A stretch of 64,000 nt of DNA from contig CP158636.1 of assembly GCA_050273025.1 (NCBI GenBank), positions 3,844,001 to 3,908,000 on the forward strand, given 5' to 3'. This stretch comes from Cenococcum geophilum (taxonomy: Eukaryota). Positions 1 to 11,368 of this stretch are shown piece after piece; the first letter of the stretch is position 1; the number at the start of each line of letters is the position of its first letter. Both the position numbers and the translations under genes were made by a program. The notes under the pieces are model-generated. The model was not told the origin of the DNA. It saw only the letters and a program-made list of their open reading frames with translations, and did no database searches.

Positions 1-1796
1 TTCTTTTATATCCTTTGTTAAGACTATCTGGCTTATCTTTAGGGCAGGTAGTTATATAGTAGAGTTTAATATGCCTGCTTATCTAGGCCTCTACCCTAGT
101 TTTTTAGTAGCTTTCCTATTTATCTAGGCCCGAGGGCCTAGGGCTTTCCATAAGTAGTTGGCTGCTACTACCTATAATACGGGGAATTTCACTAGTTCTC
201 TCGGATATCTTATAATAGGCTATTAGCCTAAGTACTAGCCTGCCCCCCAGCAGTCTATATAAGAGTCTCCTCCTAGAGTTAGTACGCTTTTGCACGGCTT
301 GGGAGCCTTCCATAGCCTCTAGTTTTACGCCTCTTTTTATTATTTCCGCCGGCATAGGTATAAGCTGCTATTTGCAGGGGTCGCAACTCCTATCTTATGC
401 GCCTACTGACGTAATTCTATAAGGGCGTCGTAGCTGCATCCTATAATGTGGTTAAAGCCTTAGGTACCATCTACGGTTAAGGCCTAGCTAAAAGCCTCCC
501 CCGCCTAAGTAACTCCTGTTTGCTCCTTAAGCGTACCTCACTAGCGTACTACCCTAGCGAGCAGTTGTACTGCCCTAGCGAATAGTCCTATCTATTGGTA
601 CACTGATACGCGCATCTATTCTCTCAAGCCACGTAGTAGTCTCTCTGGCTAGGACGTGATCCTGCCTGCCTACTAGGTGCACTAGGGGTTAGAGCCCAGC
701 TAAGGGGTAAGGTCCCTAGAGCTAGCAGTGGCTATTACGCACTACGCCCCGCGGGAGGTTTTAATTCCCGTTTCGCGTTGCCTATAAGAGTCTCCTTATA
801 ATAGGCCGACTGTGTCTTATAGAATAGGTTATAGACTAGGTCCCGTGCCAGGCGACCTATTCTACCCTATTCTACTAACCAAGCTTGTGTCCCCCCTTTG
901 TATAAGCTGGCCTATGTCTCTAACTGTCAAGTCCTTATACGACTGGCCTGTGTTTCCTTAGAGCCTCCCCTATATATATGCGTAGGTTGCGTGCACCACG
1001 CCTATTAAGACCCTCCTGTGAGTTACCTGTAGGTCAACCGTAGGTTGAACGCCATGGGGCCGTCGAAGCTGGCCTGTGTTTCCGCTGCCTAGAGCTTTGC
1101 CCGTGTTTCCACCTCGTTGAGCCGTCTGGTTGCCATCGCGTCGCCGTCGCGTCGCTGTCGCGTCCTGTCGTCCAGGTTGCGCGCACCACGCCTATTAAGA
1201 CCCTCTTCTGAGTCACCTGGGTGTACCGGATACCAGATAGGCCCTCGTAGAGGGGCCTTAATGAGTTCTCTAGGCAGGGCCTTAATAAGTTCTTTGCGGT
1301 GGCCTTGGGGCCTTAACAAGTTTCGTACGATTCTGCGACGCGTTAACCTTAATAAGTTCTTATAAGCAGAGGTTTCCTACGCCCTCGCCGCGTTCCTTTG
1401 CGGTCTCAGAGCTAGTGCAAGCCCAAGGGTGTCCTGTTGTACGTCTAGGTCGCGTCCACGTCGACTGGCTGAATAAGGCTAGTTTCGGGCCTGGCTACGA
1501 GCCAGGTAGTCGTACATCGGGTGGTTTTCGTATCCCAGTTTCCCTTGATAGCCCCCCTAGATGGTAGAGCAGGAGCCCCAGGCGGGGGCAGTAGGGCTCC
1601 TGGTGTTGTTGAGGGCGATGCTTCGTACGCGTCGCAGGCTTAACACCACAGAACCGCGACGACAGCGCGCTGCACGCGCTGCGACGGCTCCCTACCATCG
1701 CCTCTGCACTTGGCCATCAAAAGGAACGATTTCCTGATGATGTTTCCACCCGCGGCGACGTGGACGCGTGCAGTAGGGCTTCGCGGGTTAGATAAT

Positions 1797-4087
1797 AACT
1801 AATAGAGCAGAGTAACGGCTTAGTTTAGTAATATATAAATAAGCTTAGGACAAAGTTTCCTAAAAATATAAGACTCTTAAGATAAAATAAGTAAGATTTA
1901 AGACTTTTAAAACAAGATAAGAATACTAGTAAAGCCTAGTTAAACTAAGGCTAAAGCTAAGCTTAAGACAGAAGTAAGCTCAGGATTAAAATTTTTATAA
2001 AACTAAGATTTTAGCAATAAAATAAGGACTATTAAAGAAATTACGGGTAAGGCTTAGTAATAGGATTAAAATGTTAATACTAGGATTAAGAAGTAAGAAG
2101 ACTTTAAAGACCTAAGTATAAGACGCAAACCAAAAAAAACTATAGAGGAATTTAGATAAAGAATTATCGTATGGCAAAAACAGAAACTAAATAAAAGATC
2201 TAGTATACTAAGCCGCACTAGGAATAGAGCACCTATATAAAGAATTATTAATAGGCCTAGAGTAGGCATACTAAGAGCTAAGTGGCTTACTAAACTAGAA
2301 AACGAGGAGGATTTAGAGATCCCTACTAGATTTAAAGAACGATATATAAAGGGCTATTATAATATAGTAATAAGAAGATACTTCCTTATAGATAAGCTGT
2401 ATATACTCTAGCAGCTATACTAAAAGTAGTATAGGTAATAATATAACGATAAGTGGAAAGATTTCTATATATAGTTGGATAAATAAGTTATTTAAGACTA
2501 CCTAATTACGGAGAAGGCTATAACTTATATTAAAGAAGCCTTAATTATAATATTAAAGGATTTAAAGAAATAATTAGAGAACTAAAGGAGCGAGAGACGT
2601 ATCTTAGTACCTATAAATAAGGTTATAACGTTTAGATTAGTATAATAAAGGTTTAAACTTAAAGATAAAAATAAGTTAAGAGTTAACCTAAAGCACCTAG
2701 TATACTATACGCTATTATAGATTGTATATATAGATAATATATACGAAATATATAAAAACCTAAAAGAAAAAAATTGGAAGTATTTTATAAGGATATATTA
2801 GGCGCCAGATAAGCAATAGTATAGGAATGCTAAGTATATATATAGCTAGCATCTAACAGAAGTTTAAGAGTTAGGAGACTTAATACTTTAACTAAAAAGA
2901 TTCCTTATAGAAGAATGCTTAGACGGATAATAGTAGTAGAAATGCCTAGAGAATATATATCTATAGTATATTAAAAATAAAAAGTAAACTAAGCATTAGC
3001 TAAAAAGTAAGCTAAGTATAATAGGATTAAACAGCTAATAATTAGGAAAAGTAGAGGCTTATAAAACTAGAGAGAGCTAGTAGTAGAGCCTTAAACCCTT
3101 AAAGGAATTTAAGGATAATACCTAAATTTATAAATAAAGTAATAAGATTAATAGTTTAAAGCACTAATAGATAGTAGAGTAACGCGGAACTATATCTTAC
3201 TAGCAGTAGTTAAGAAAATAGGATTATCTTATAGATAGAAGGAATAATTTTACCTATTAGTTATAATTTTAGGAGATCCAATAATCTATAAAGGAGGGAT
3301 TATTAATCTTAAAATAGAACCTATTTAGATAACTATTAAAGGAAGATAAATTAAAATATTTTTTAATATCCTACTATTAGGACGGGATAAGGCAGTATTA
3401 GGAATGCCTTAGTTATAGGAATATAATCTAAGGATTAATTAAATTATAGGCTAGGTTAATATTAGAGATACTTAATAATATAAGGCATAATAGTAAACTA
3501 AGTTAGTATAGTATTAAGTTAGAGTAATATATAAGGAGACTAAGCGAGGCTTAAGTTACGTACTAAAAAGATACTATAAGTATGGTAAGAAACTATAAAG
3601 TCTAAAAAGTAAAAAGCTAGTAGATTATATAGTATAGGATTATAAAATAGAGTTAGAACTAGAAATAAGTTTAAGGTTTTTTCTAATTTATAAGCTTACT
3701 AAAGAAAAATCTAGAGTACTTAAAGAGTTTATTTAAGAAAACTTATAAAAGGGATATATTAAACCATTATAATTATTAGCAGGTTATCTAATACTGTTTA
3801 TACTAAAGAAGAACGGAAAACTTAGGTTATGTATAGTTAAACAGCATTACTTAAAAGGATAGGTATCCTTTACCCTTAATTAGCAAAATTTAGAATTAGA
3901 TAGGTAACGTGTAAATATTTATAAAGATAGATCTAAGATAGGCGTACCATTAGATTAGAATTAAGGAAGGCGATAAATAGAAGGTAGCTTTTAGGTTAAG
4001 AGAAGGACTATATAAACTATTAGTTATATAATTTAGATTAATAAATATACTAGCAACGTTTTAGAAATAAATTAATAGTATATTAAG
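1797..4087 (+). mobile_element. Ty3/Gypsy gag-pol fragment, RIP-inactivated, cut within RT by a later LTR insertion
   Basis: De-RIP reading gives protease ALIDSGATRNYI (~3161) and RT motifs RYPLPLI (~3861) and AYHQIRIKEGDEWK..F...GLYE.LVM.FGLTNAPATFQ (~3942-4064). Many TAA/TAG stops from C>T and G>A changes. Confidence 0.9.
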
Positions 4088-5375
4088 TGTCGGGATTGTA
4101 TTACGTGTGGTTATATAATCACGTGTTGCCGCGGCACTAGCGTAGCGAGGAGCCTTAAGCTCCTCGCCCTTCCTCACCCTTTCTTAGAATCAATTAATTA
4201 AGAATAATAATTATTATACTATCTACGAACCGTAGCTACGTGATATTACCTTGTGTAACTAACACTGATTAGTAGTTAACTTTACTGTTATACTATAGAA
4301 TAGCTAGGTATTCCACCAAGAAGAGATAAGCCACTGTACCAGTGCTACTTGTGCTAGAGGAAGCTGTCTTTTAAGGTTAGAACTGGTCCTAAACCTTAAA
4401 TAGAACTCTTCTATAAATCTAAAGATTTAAAGGCCAGAACTAGTTCTGAGCCTTTCTAAGATTACAGATTCTTGCGTCCATTATGCAGAACAACACGCGT
4501 ATAAGTCTTCGCGATTTAAGGCTAGAACTGGTCCTAAGCCCTATAATCGCAGATTCTTATTATAAACGCGTACTAAACGACAATTCCTATAACTCTATAA
4601 TCTCTATTACAACACCTAATAATATAGCCGTAAGCCGAAAATATAGCCACAGTTACGCTAAATAACTGGAAAGACTCCTTATTACTAGGGGTAGCTACGT
4701 ACGTGAAACTCATCAACGAAAATTAGGACAAATTTACTATTAATATAATAACTTATACCCCAAAATAAGTTAACGGCTTTATCCTATACTATATTCTATT
4801 TTATTAAAGTAGATACTACGTTGATTTACAGCTATAGGAATATTTTAGGGAGGATTTTATGGGATAGACTGCCAACACCTGGGTACTTAGTAATATTTAT
4901 ATTATTTAAGATTTTCGAGACTTCCTTTAGGAGAAAGGAGTATTTGTCCCTATAGATGGGGGTAATATTAGAAATAATATTTAGAAGTAAGTTCTTAACG
5001 CAAAAGAAGAACATAAATGGACTTTATAAGAGATTAAGCACTAAAAGAAGTTTAACTCTTAAGGGAATCCTAATAACGGACAGCTATAAGTAACACTATA
5101 GACAACCTTAGGCTATTAAACACCTTAAATTCCTTAAGCTGCTGTATCTTAACCCGTGCCTTAAGCTCCGTCCTATTAGCAACGTCCGTAGCAACGTCCG
5201 CAGTAATATCCGCAGTAACGTCTGCAAGAACCTTCGCCGATTTCACTAGCTGCTCCGCTAATTCCACTAGCTATTCCAACTGCTGCACTATAAGTTGTCC
5301 CAATTACTGTACCGCCAGCTACTCTAATCGCTGCCCTCGCTACCCTATAGTAACCGCAGTAGCTATATCTATCAC
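4088..5375 (+). mobile_element. LTR retrotransposon 5' part: LTR (4088-4264) plus gag fragment, interrupted by Crypton-1
   Basis: TGTCGG...CTAACA ends followed by CTGATTAG. Downstream de-RIP frame is Q/P-rich and gag-like, and resumes at 8833-~8884. No second LTR found. Confidence 0.65.
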
Positions 5376-5601
5376 ATATTGGGGGGGCTAATTTGGCGCG
5401 GTTATAACCCGGATTAATATGAGGTTAGGGCTACCCCTGCTAATAACGCGCCTAAACCCCGCACGAGGTCGCGCAGCGACCGCCCCCAAGTACTTTTGCA
5501 CGCGATTTTAGGCGAAAAGGTATATAATTTGTGTTAGATCGGTACTTCTGGACGGTCGCGTAATATTACTCTAAATTTACAACACCTAAACGGGCTCTAT
5601 T

Positions 5602-5874
5602 CCTACATTAAGGCGTCTTAGTTACTATAGTGCAGTCCTATATTAAGACGTCTCGGTCACTATAGTATAGTCCTACATTAAGGCGTTTCGGTTAATGCAG
5701 TGCAGTCGTATATTAAGGCGTTTTGGTTACTATGGTGCAGTTCTGCATTAAGGCGTCTTAGTCACTGCAGTGCAGTTATATATTAGGGCGTCTTAGTTAC
5801 TGCAGTACAGTCCTATATTAAGACGTCTCGGTTACTAGTATAGTCCTATATTAAGGCGTCTTAGTTACTATAGT
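5602..5874. repeat. Tandem array of 8 x 35-bp units near the Crypton-1 end
   Basis: Unit CCTACATTAAGGCGTCTTAGTTACTATAGTGCAGT starts at 5602, 5637, 5672, 5707, 5742, 5777, 5812 and 5845 (one unit is 33 bp). Confidence 0.92.
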
Positions 5875-6277
5875 AAAATAGGTATTATCTACTACTTAAA
5901 AGGGAGCCTCCTCTACCTTAGATATTCTTATAAAGCCAATCTAAAGAATGCCGGCCTCGTAGCTGTTCCAGCTGGTTAATAGCCTATCTCTTATCTCTTG
6001 CCGTACCGTTTTTTACGCGCCGTCTTATATCCTTAATTATCCTGCGGCGACGGCTATAGAACATAGCCTTGCCGTTAACCCGTTAGCGCGCCCCCTAGCA
6101 GTAATTAAGAGCTTTAATTAACGGCCTACCCGCTAGCCCTAAAGTCCACTTAGCCCAGAGCTAGAACACCAAATTGCCGCCCTAAAGCATCTTATATTTT
6201 CTTAGCGGCGCCTATAGGTTAAGGATAAATAGGAGAGGTAGTTAAGTATCTGCTTGCGCCTACGCTAGTAGGGGCAG

Positions 6278-6491
6278 TGCGAATATAGTAGATAGCTAAG
6301 CGGGGGGTACGGATATTAGCTAAGCGGGGGGTGCGGATATAGTAGATGGTTAAGTAGGGGGTACGGATATTAGCTGAGCGGGGGGTGCGGATATAGTAGA
6401 TAGCTAAGTAGGCGGTGCGGATATCGTAGATAGCTAAGTAGGCGGTGCGGATATCGTAGATAGCTAAGCGGGTGGCGCGGATATAGTAGAC
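6278..6491 (-). repeat. Coding 30-bp (with shorter variant) tandem repeat in the Crypton-1 linker
   Basis: GCGGATATAGTAGATAGCTAAGCGGGGGGT units; the minus strand de-RIPs to SAPPAQPSTT repeats between the YR and GCR1_C domains. Confidence 0.8.
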
Positions 6492-8884
6492 GTTATAGTA
6501 GACGGCGTAGGCCCGCCTAAAGGTAGATATATAGACTCCGTAGGCCCTATTTAGATGCCCGTCTTTCCTTACTAGATCTATATAGGTATAGGTACAAATA
6601 ATGCTAATAACCTTTCTATTTTACTAAGGCGTTTTAAGATCATATATACGTGTAATTAAATACCTTTAATCTCTAAGATTGCGGCCTTATATCTTAGCTT
6701 AGCTACGGCCTTATAGGCGGGCTAGTATTTCTGTATTATTAGCGTAATTACGTTAGCCAGCGAGCTTTCTACCCGCGTAGCAAACCTCTAGTACTCCTTA
6801 CAGCTAAAGAGGGAGTCCTTCTATAGGGGGTGGAGCGGGAACTACTTATATAGGATTACTAAGTCCTATAATAAGATTACCCTAAACGCATAGAGGAGGC
6901 GTAGAAATCCTAAGCCCGTAAGGTTAAGCCGTACAACCTTATTATCAGCCCTATTTAGGTGGTAGGTCTCTATATATTTTAGCTAAATATTAGTCTTAGG
7001 CCATATCTTTAAACAGAGGGCTTCCTCCAGCACCTCCCGCGTGTGGGGAAAAAAGTAGCCCTTTCCTTCCTTTGGGAAGCTAGTAATCAACCACATAAAC
7101 GTATAGGGTAGGTAGCTAAGGTAGGCTCCCATTATCGCGTCTATATTCTAGCATCCGGCCCATCTAATTTAGGTCTCCTTAACGCCGCTAAGCTTGGCAT
7201 GCCGGACGCTCTGCTTACAGGCGCTATAGGTCTTCTCTTTTAAGTAAATCCCTACTTCTTAGAATATCTTCTTATTCTATTCAAACTACGTATAATAGCT
7301 TAATGGCCGTTGCGGTACTTTAACACTGCTAAGAAAAACGTATAAGTTATAGTAGTTCTCTAGCTACCGAAAGAATGGGAAGCTTTTAGCACCGTCCTTA
7401 CCCTAGTAGTTAAAGAAGTAGAAGGCTATTATAGAGAGAGGGTAGAGGATAGGGTTAGCGTTCCGTATATAGCCTATATACTTAACCTTACCGTAGTAGT
7501 TCTGCTTCCCTTATATTATTAATATAATTATATACGGCGCTAGCTTATTTAGCTTAGGCCCTTTATTCTCTAGTTTAATAAGGATAAAATTAGTAAGCTA
7601 AACGTCCCGTCTACTCTCACCCTAGGTAATAGTAGTATAGCCTAAGGAATAGGTTAGAAAACGGCAGCTGTACGGACTGGATAGGGTATATAGTAGTAGC
7701 AATATACAAACCTAATAAATGCTCGGCTACAGTTTAAAGGTAAGACTTAACTAAACCTAGTATCTTAAAGCCCGTCTCCTAGCACTAAGTAATCGCCCTT
7801 TTAAGCCCTTTAACGTTATAGCCGCCAGTAATTATAAATAGGCCTTAGTTAATAAAGTTAACGCGTTAAATCTGGTCCTTATTACGGCGGACACTATCTA
7901 GTATTGCTAAGAGCTTTGCCCCCTGCAGCGGCTATAAGGCCTTACCTTCCAATTGCCATATATAAAGCTTAGTAATAGCGGAGACGTAGCTATTTATAAC
8001 TGAGTATTAGACTATCTCGTTAAATAGGGCGTCTAGGGCCTCCTCGTCCCATATCTCTTCCTTATCCTTTATAGCTTCCTTTACGACTATAGCTGCCCCT
8101 ATAGCTGCCTTCCCCCCTAGCTACCCTCCCGCCGTCTTCTGCCTCTTCTTTACTTACTTACTATCTTTCTATATCTCTTTCCGTTTTAACTTCTATTTTT
8201 AATAGCCAGCGGCCTATAATTCTTAGTTAATAACTTACTGCTCTAGAAATAGGTAAAGCTTATCTTCCGTTACCCAGGCGCCGTCTATATTACCTTCCAG
8301 TTTCATATACTAGTCTTCCCACTTTTTCTGCTTTGGCTCATACGCCCTTATAGTATTCTTTAAGCGCTAGGCCTTATAAATATCCTATAGCCGCGCTATC
8401 TAGGCCTTAAATTCGCTCTGGAGGCTATAGGGGGGGGAGGCTAGGGGGGCTTCCTTCGACCGTAAAGTGGACCGTAGGGTAAGAAGATTCTTAAAAGACT
8501 CTATATCCGCAAGAGGTAAGGGAGAAAACGCGTAAGCACGGTATGGGTAAATAGAGCTACCGAACGCGTAAATATTAAAAAAGAAGGGAGAAGAGGGCTC
8601 TATATTATAGAATTAGAATTATAGTAGGCCTTTCTATATAAAATCAGAAGCCCTACGCGAGCTAGGAGCTAGCGCGGGCACGAGGATAGAAAAGGGTTGG
8701 AAAATAGGATTGTTAAGGCGACGATAAGGTTAAGGGCGCGCGCTAAGGACCTCTATACTAACCCAGTACTAACCTAGGCCTCAAAAACGCGTCTAAAAAG
8801 TAGGGGCCACCACCAAAGGGGGGGGTAATATTTAGACGATATGTCGCGGACCTTAGGGGGTCGTGCGTAACCCAAGGTTATGCT

Positions 8885-10985
8885 AAGCCTAACCCGGACC
8901 TCCGATACCTACTAAATCCCATAATAGATAGAGCTAAAGGGGCCACTTCTATAGGCGGACGTAGGGGGTTAGTAGACTAGCCCTAAGGCCATACTATAGC
9001 TAAAGGGGCTTCTAGTCGAAATGTAAGGCCTCTAGACGTTAGTAATTAAAGCTGCAAAGACTAGGCCTATTAGGACTTATCTAAATAGTCTAATAAGCCC
9101 TTAACCTTACTAGCTGTCTACCTATATTTAGCGCGTAGAGCCTTTAGTTAGTTAGTAAGGAGTAGTATAGCCTAGTAAAGAATTAACAGCTAATTTAGGC
9201 TCCCCTCTTTCTATAGGTAGGGCTCTAGATTCTATATAAAGGCCTTATACGCCTTATACTAAAAGACAGGGTAGCTCTATACTAGATAGCTTAGGAACAT
9301 CTTATAAAGGGCTACTAAGTCCTATAGAATGACCTTATAAAGGTAAAAGAGAAGGTTTATAACCCCTATAGCGGCAAGATTATTAATCTGGTATAGCTAT
9401 AGGCTAAAACGGCCCTTCTATTTATCTAGTTCGGGCTATATTATTAATAGTAGTACGTTAGGTAGCGTAATACCCGTATAGCGGATTTCAAAGCAGCCTA
9501 TCTATAAAGGGTGCCCTACTATTAACCTTATAAACTCTTATAGGAGAGAGTTTAAGTAATAGCCTACTATTTACTCTTAGTTCCACCTCTTAGCGCGCCA
9601 AATCTGGTCCTTGCTAACCCCCTTTAGCTCCACTATCTTGGCGCCGGCGCTTCGCCCAATATACGTCTTCTTCTCTAAGAAGACGCCAACGTACTAAAAG
9701 GCCTTTGCAACCTAATCTCGCTGCAAGTTATATAAGAGGGCCGCCTTGCAGTCCCTACCGCCCTTAATTAGGCGTATATTGTACTATACTAAGCGCCTAC
9801 TAAAGTCTAGAAACGGCTCCGTACTAAGATCCTAGCGGTATAGGAAATAGAAAGCTAGCCCGCTAAGTATATAAATAAGCGGCTTTCTATTCTATAGGGC
9901 CCTAATAGTTTTAAGGCGGCCGTGCTAGTTCTGCTTACCTACGCGTATAGTAAATATTAAGGGCATATAGCGCGTAGGGCCTTTACCCTTAAATTTAAAA
10001 GTAAATAGATCTAAGATCTTGGCGGAGCGTCTATTACTACCGCGGGTAAGTATATAGTAGCTTAGTAGGATATTAATAAGCGTGCGGAAGTAGTACTCTA
10101 GGGATAAGGCGGCGCCCCTAGCCTAAAGCTTACGGCAGACGCTCTGGAACTTGTCCTCGGTATAGCCGTTAAGAAGGGTATCTCTACCCTTATCGGCGAA
10201 CTACTCTTTCTCGCGCTGCGCGTTCCTCCGCTGTAGCGTCTTTAGGTACTCCCTAACGCTATCCTTCCGCGGAGACAGGTGGCTGTTTATTCCTATAGCT
10301 TTCTATATCCAATAGAGGTCTATTAGAGCAGTAATATAGCCGCAAACTAACTGCTATAAGAGCCGCGTTTCCTTTTAGGGTACATTAATATCGGCTTTAC
10401 GGCTCTTCCCTTTTAAGGGTTAGCTTGCAACCTCCTTAATAAGGAAGAGAAGTAGCTTATCCTCTATAATAGTATTACTGTTATAGTACTGCTTCTGTTT
10501 ATAAAAGGCCTAGAGCCGGACGATGCGTTAGCTATAGGCCGCGATACTTTTAGAAGGGGGGGGGTATTACCTTAAACTCCTTCTGCTTTAGATTATACGT
10601 TAAAGACGTGTTCTTAGGCCTTACGGCACGCGTAAGGGCGAGAACATACTACGCGTTAGCGCGTAATTCGGCATTATTGGTAATATTAATCTCTACGCGG
10701 TTAGTCAGCGCCATTTTATATAGTAGGTATAATAGTAGACATGCTGCCGCGATTGAGGATAGGTAGGGAGGACTTTTTTATATATACTTGGGGCCTCAAT
10801 GGCCCTAATTACCCTACGGTCGGCGTCGATCAGCGGCTCGATCAGCAGGTGGCCCTGGATACGCGAATCTCCTCAGCTTGGCGCTGGTGGCGCTGAGGAG
10901 ATCCTCGAATCTGACCCAGGTGGCTGGCTAAACACGTGATTTTTCGGCTGACCGAGGATCAGCCGGGCAGTCAATACCACTGTAG
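8885..10985 (-). mobile_element. Crypton-2, a second divergent tyrosine-recombinase element, RIP-inactivated, with one intron
   Basis: ATG at 10714. RPKNTS..YDPKQKEF, then a GT-AG intron ~10510-10570 with a GCTAAC branch site, then VTEDKLLLFL, RGGNRR, GKQN, EKKTHIGRSAGAKMAELKGVSEDQIRRAGRWNQEQMVGCYLNSLP. No GCR1_C seen. Boundaries approximate. Confidence 0.85.
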
Positions 10986-11368
10986 AACAGGGTGGGCGAA
11001 AATCGTTATTGATTAGATCGATACGATAAGCGATATCGTATTATATCATATTATATCGATTGATTTTTTTCGATAACCCTACTAAATAAGCGAGTAATTC
11101 TACTTATAGGGAATTCTACTAATATCCTTAGCTTTTTTACCTAGGGTCGCGGAAAAATTAATTAATAAAAATTAATATAACATATTATATTATATTATAT
11201 TAATTAAATTTTTTTTAAATATATCCTATCCTACTGTTAAATAAGTAAGTATTTATAGCTGAAATATTAATAAGCCTTTATTATTAATTAAATAATATAT
11301 TATTTAAAAGTATAATAAGGTAAATCCAATACTTAAAAATTATATTTATTAGCTAGGTAGTTATATAT

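Larger units (their letters stand above)
5376..8832 (-). mobile_element. Crypton-1 (CryptonF-type tyrosine-recombinase DNA transposon); RIP-inactivated ORF ~5893-8504 with YR/NDC10-II-like and GCR1_C domains
   Basis: De-RIP motifs RPKNT..AYEPKQKEW, VTEDKL.LFL, KEKTHSARK, IRRAGRWN.DAM.GAYLSYLP..FMRSIAGFP, and C-terminal LWAEWTLGLAGRPSIEALDRCWGARWR...FYSRRR. ATATT direct repeat at 5376-5380 and 8828-8832. Confidence 0.88.

Noticed and set aside
5602..5874. CRISPR-like 35-bp periodic array
   Set aside because: Units are contiguous with no unique spacers, the context is eukaryotic and there are no cas genes.
5893..10714. Starship captain (DUF3435) tyrosine recombinase with the gene island as cargo
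   Set aside because: Motifs and the GCR1_C domain are Crypton-type, the ORFs point away from the island, and the island genes are core housekeeping genes.
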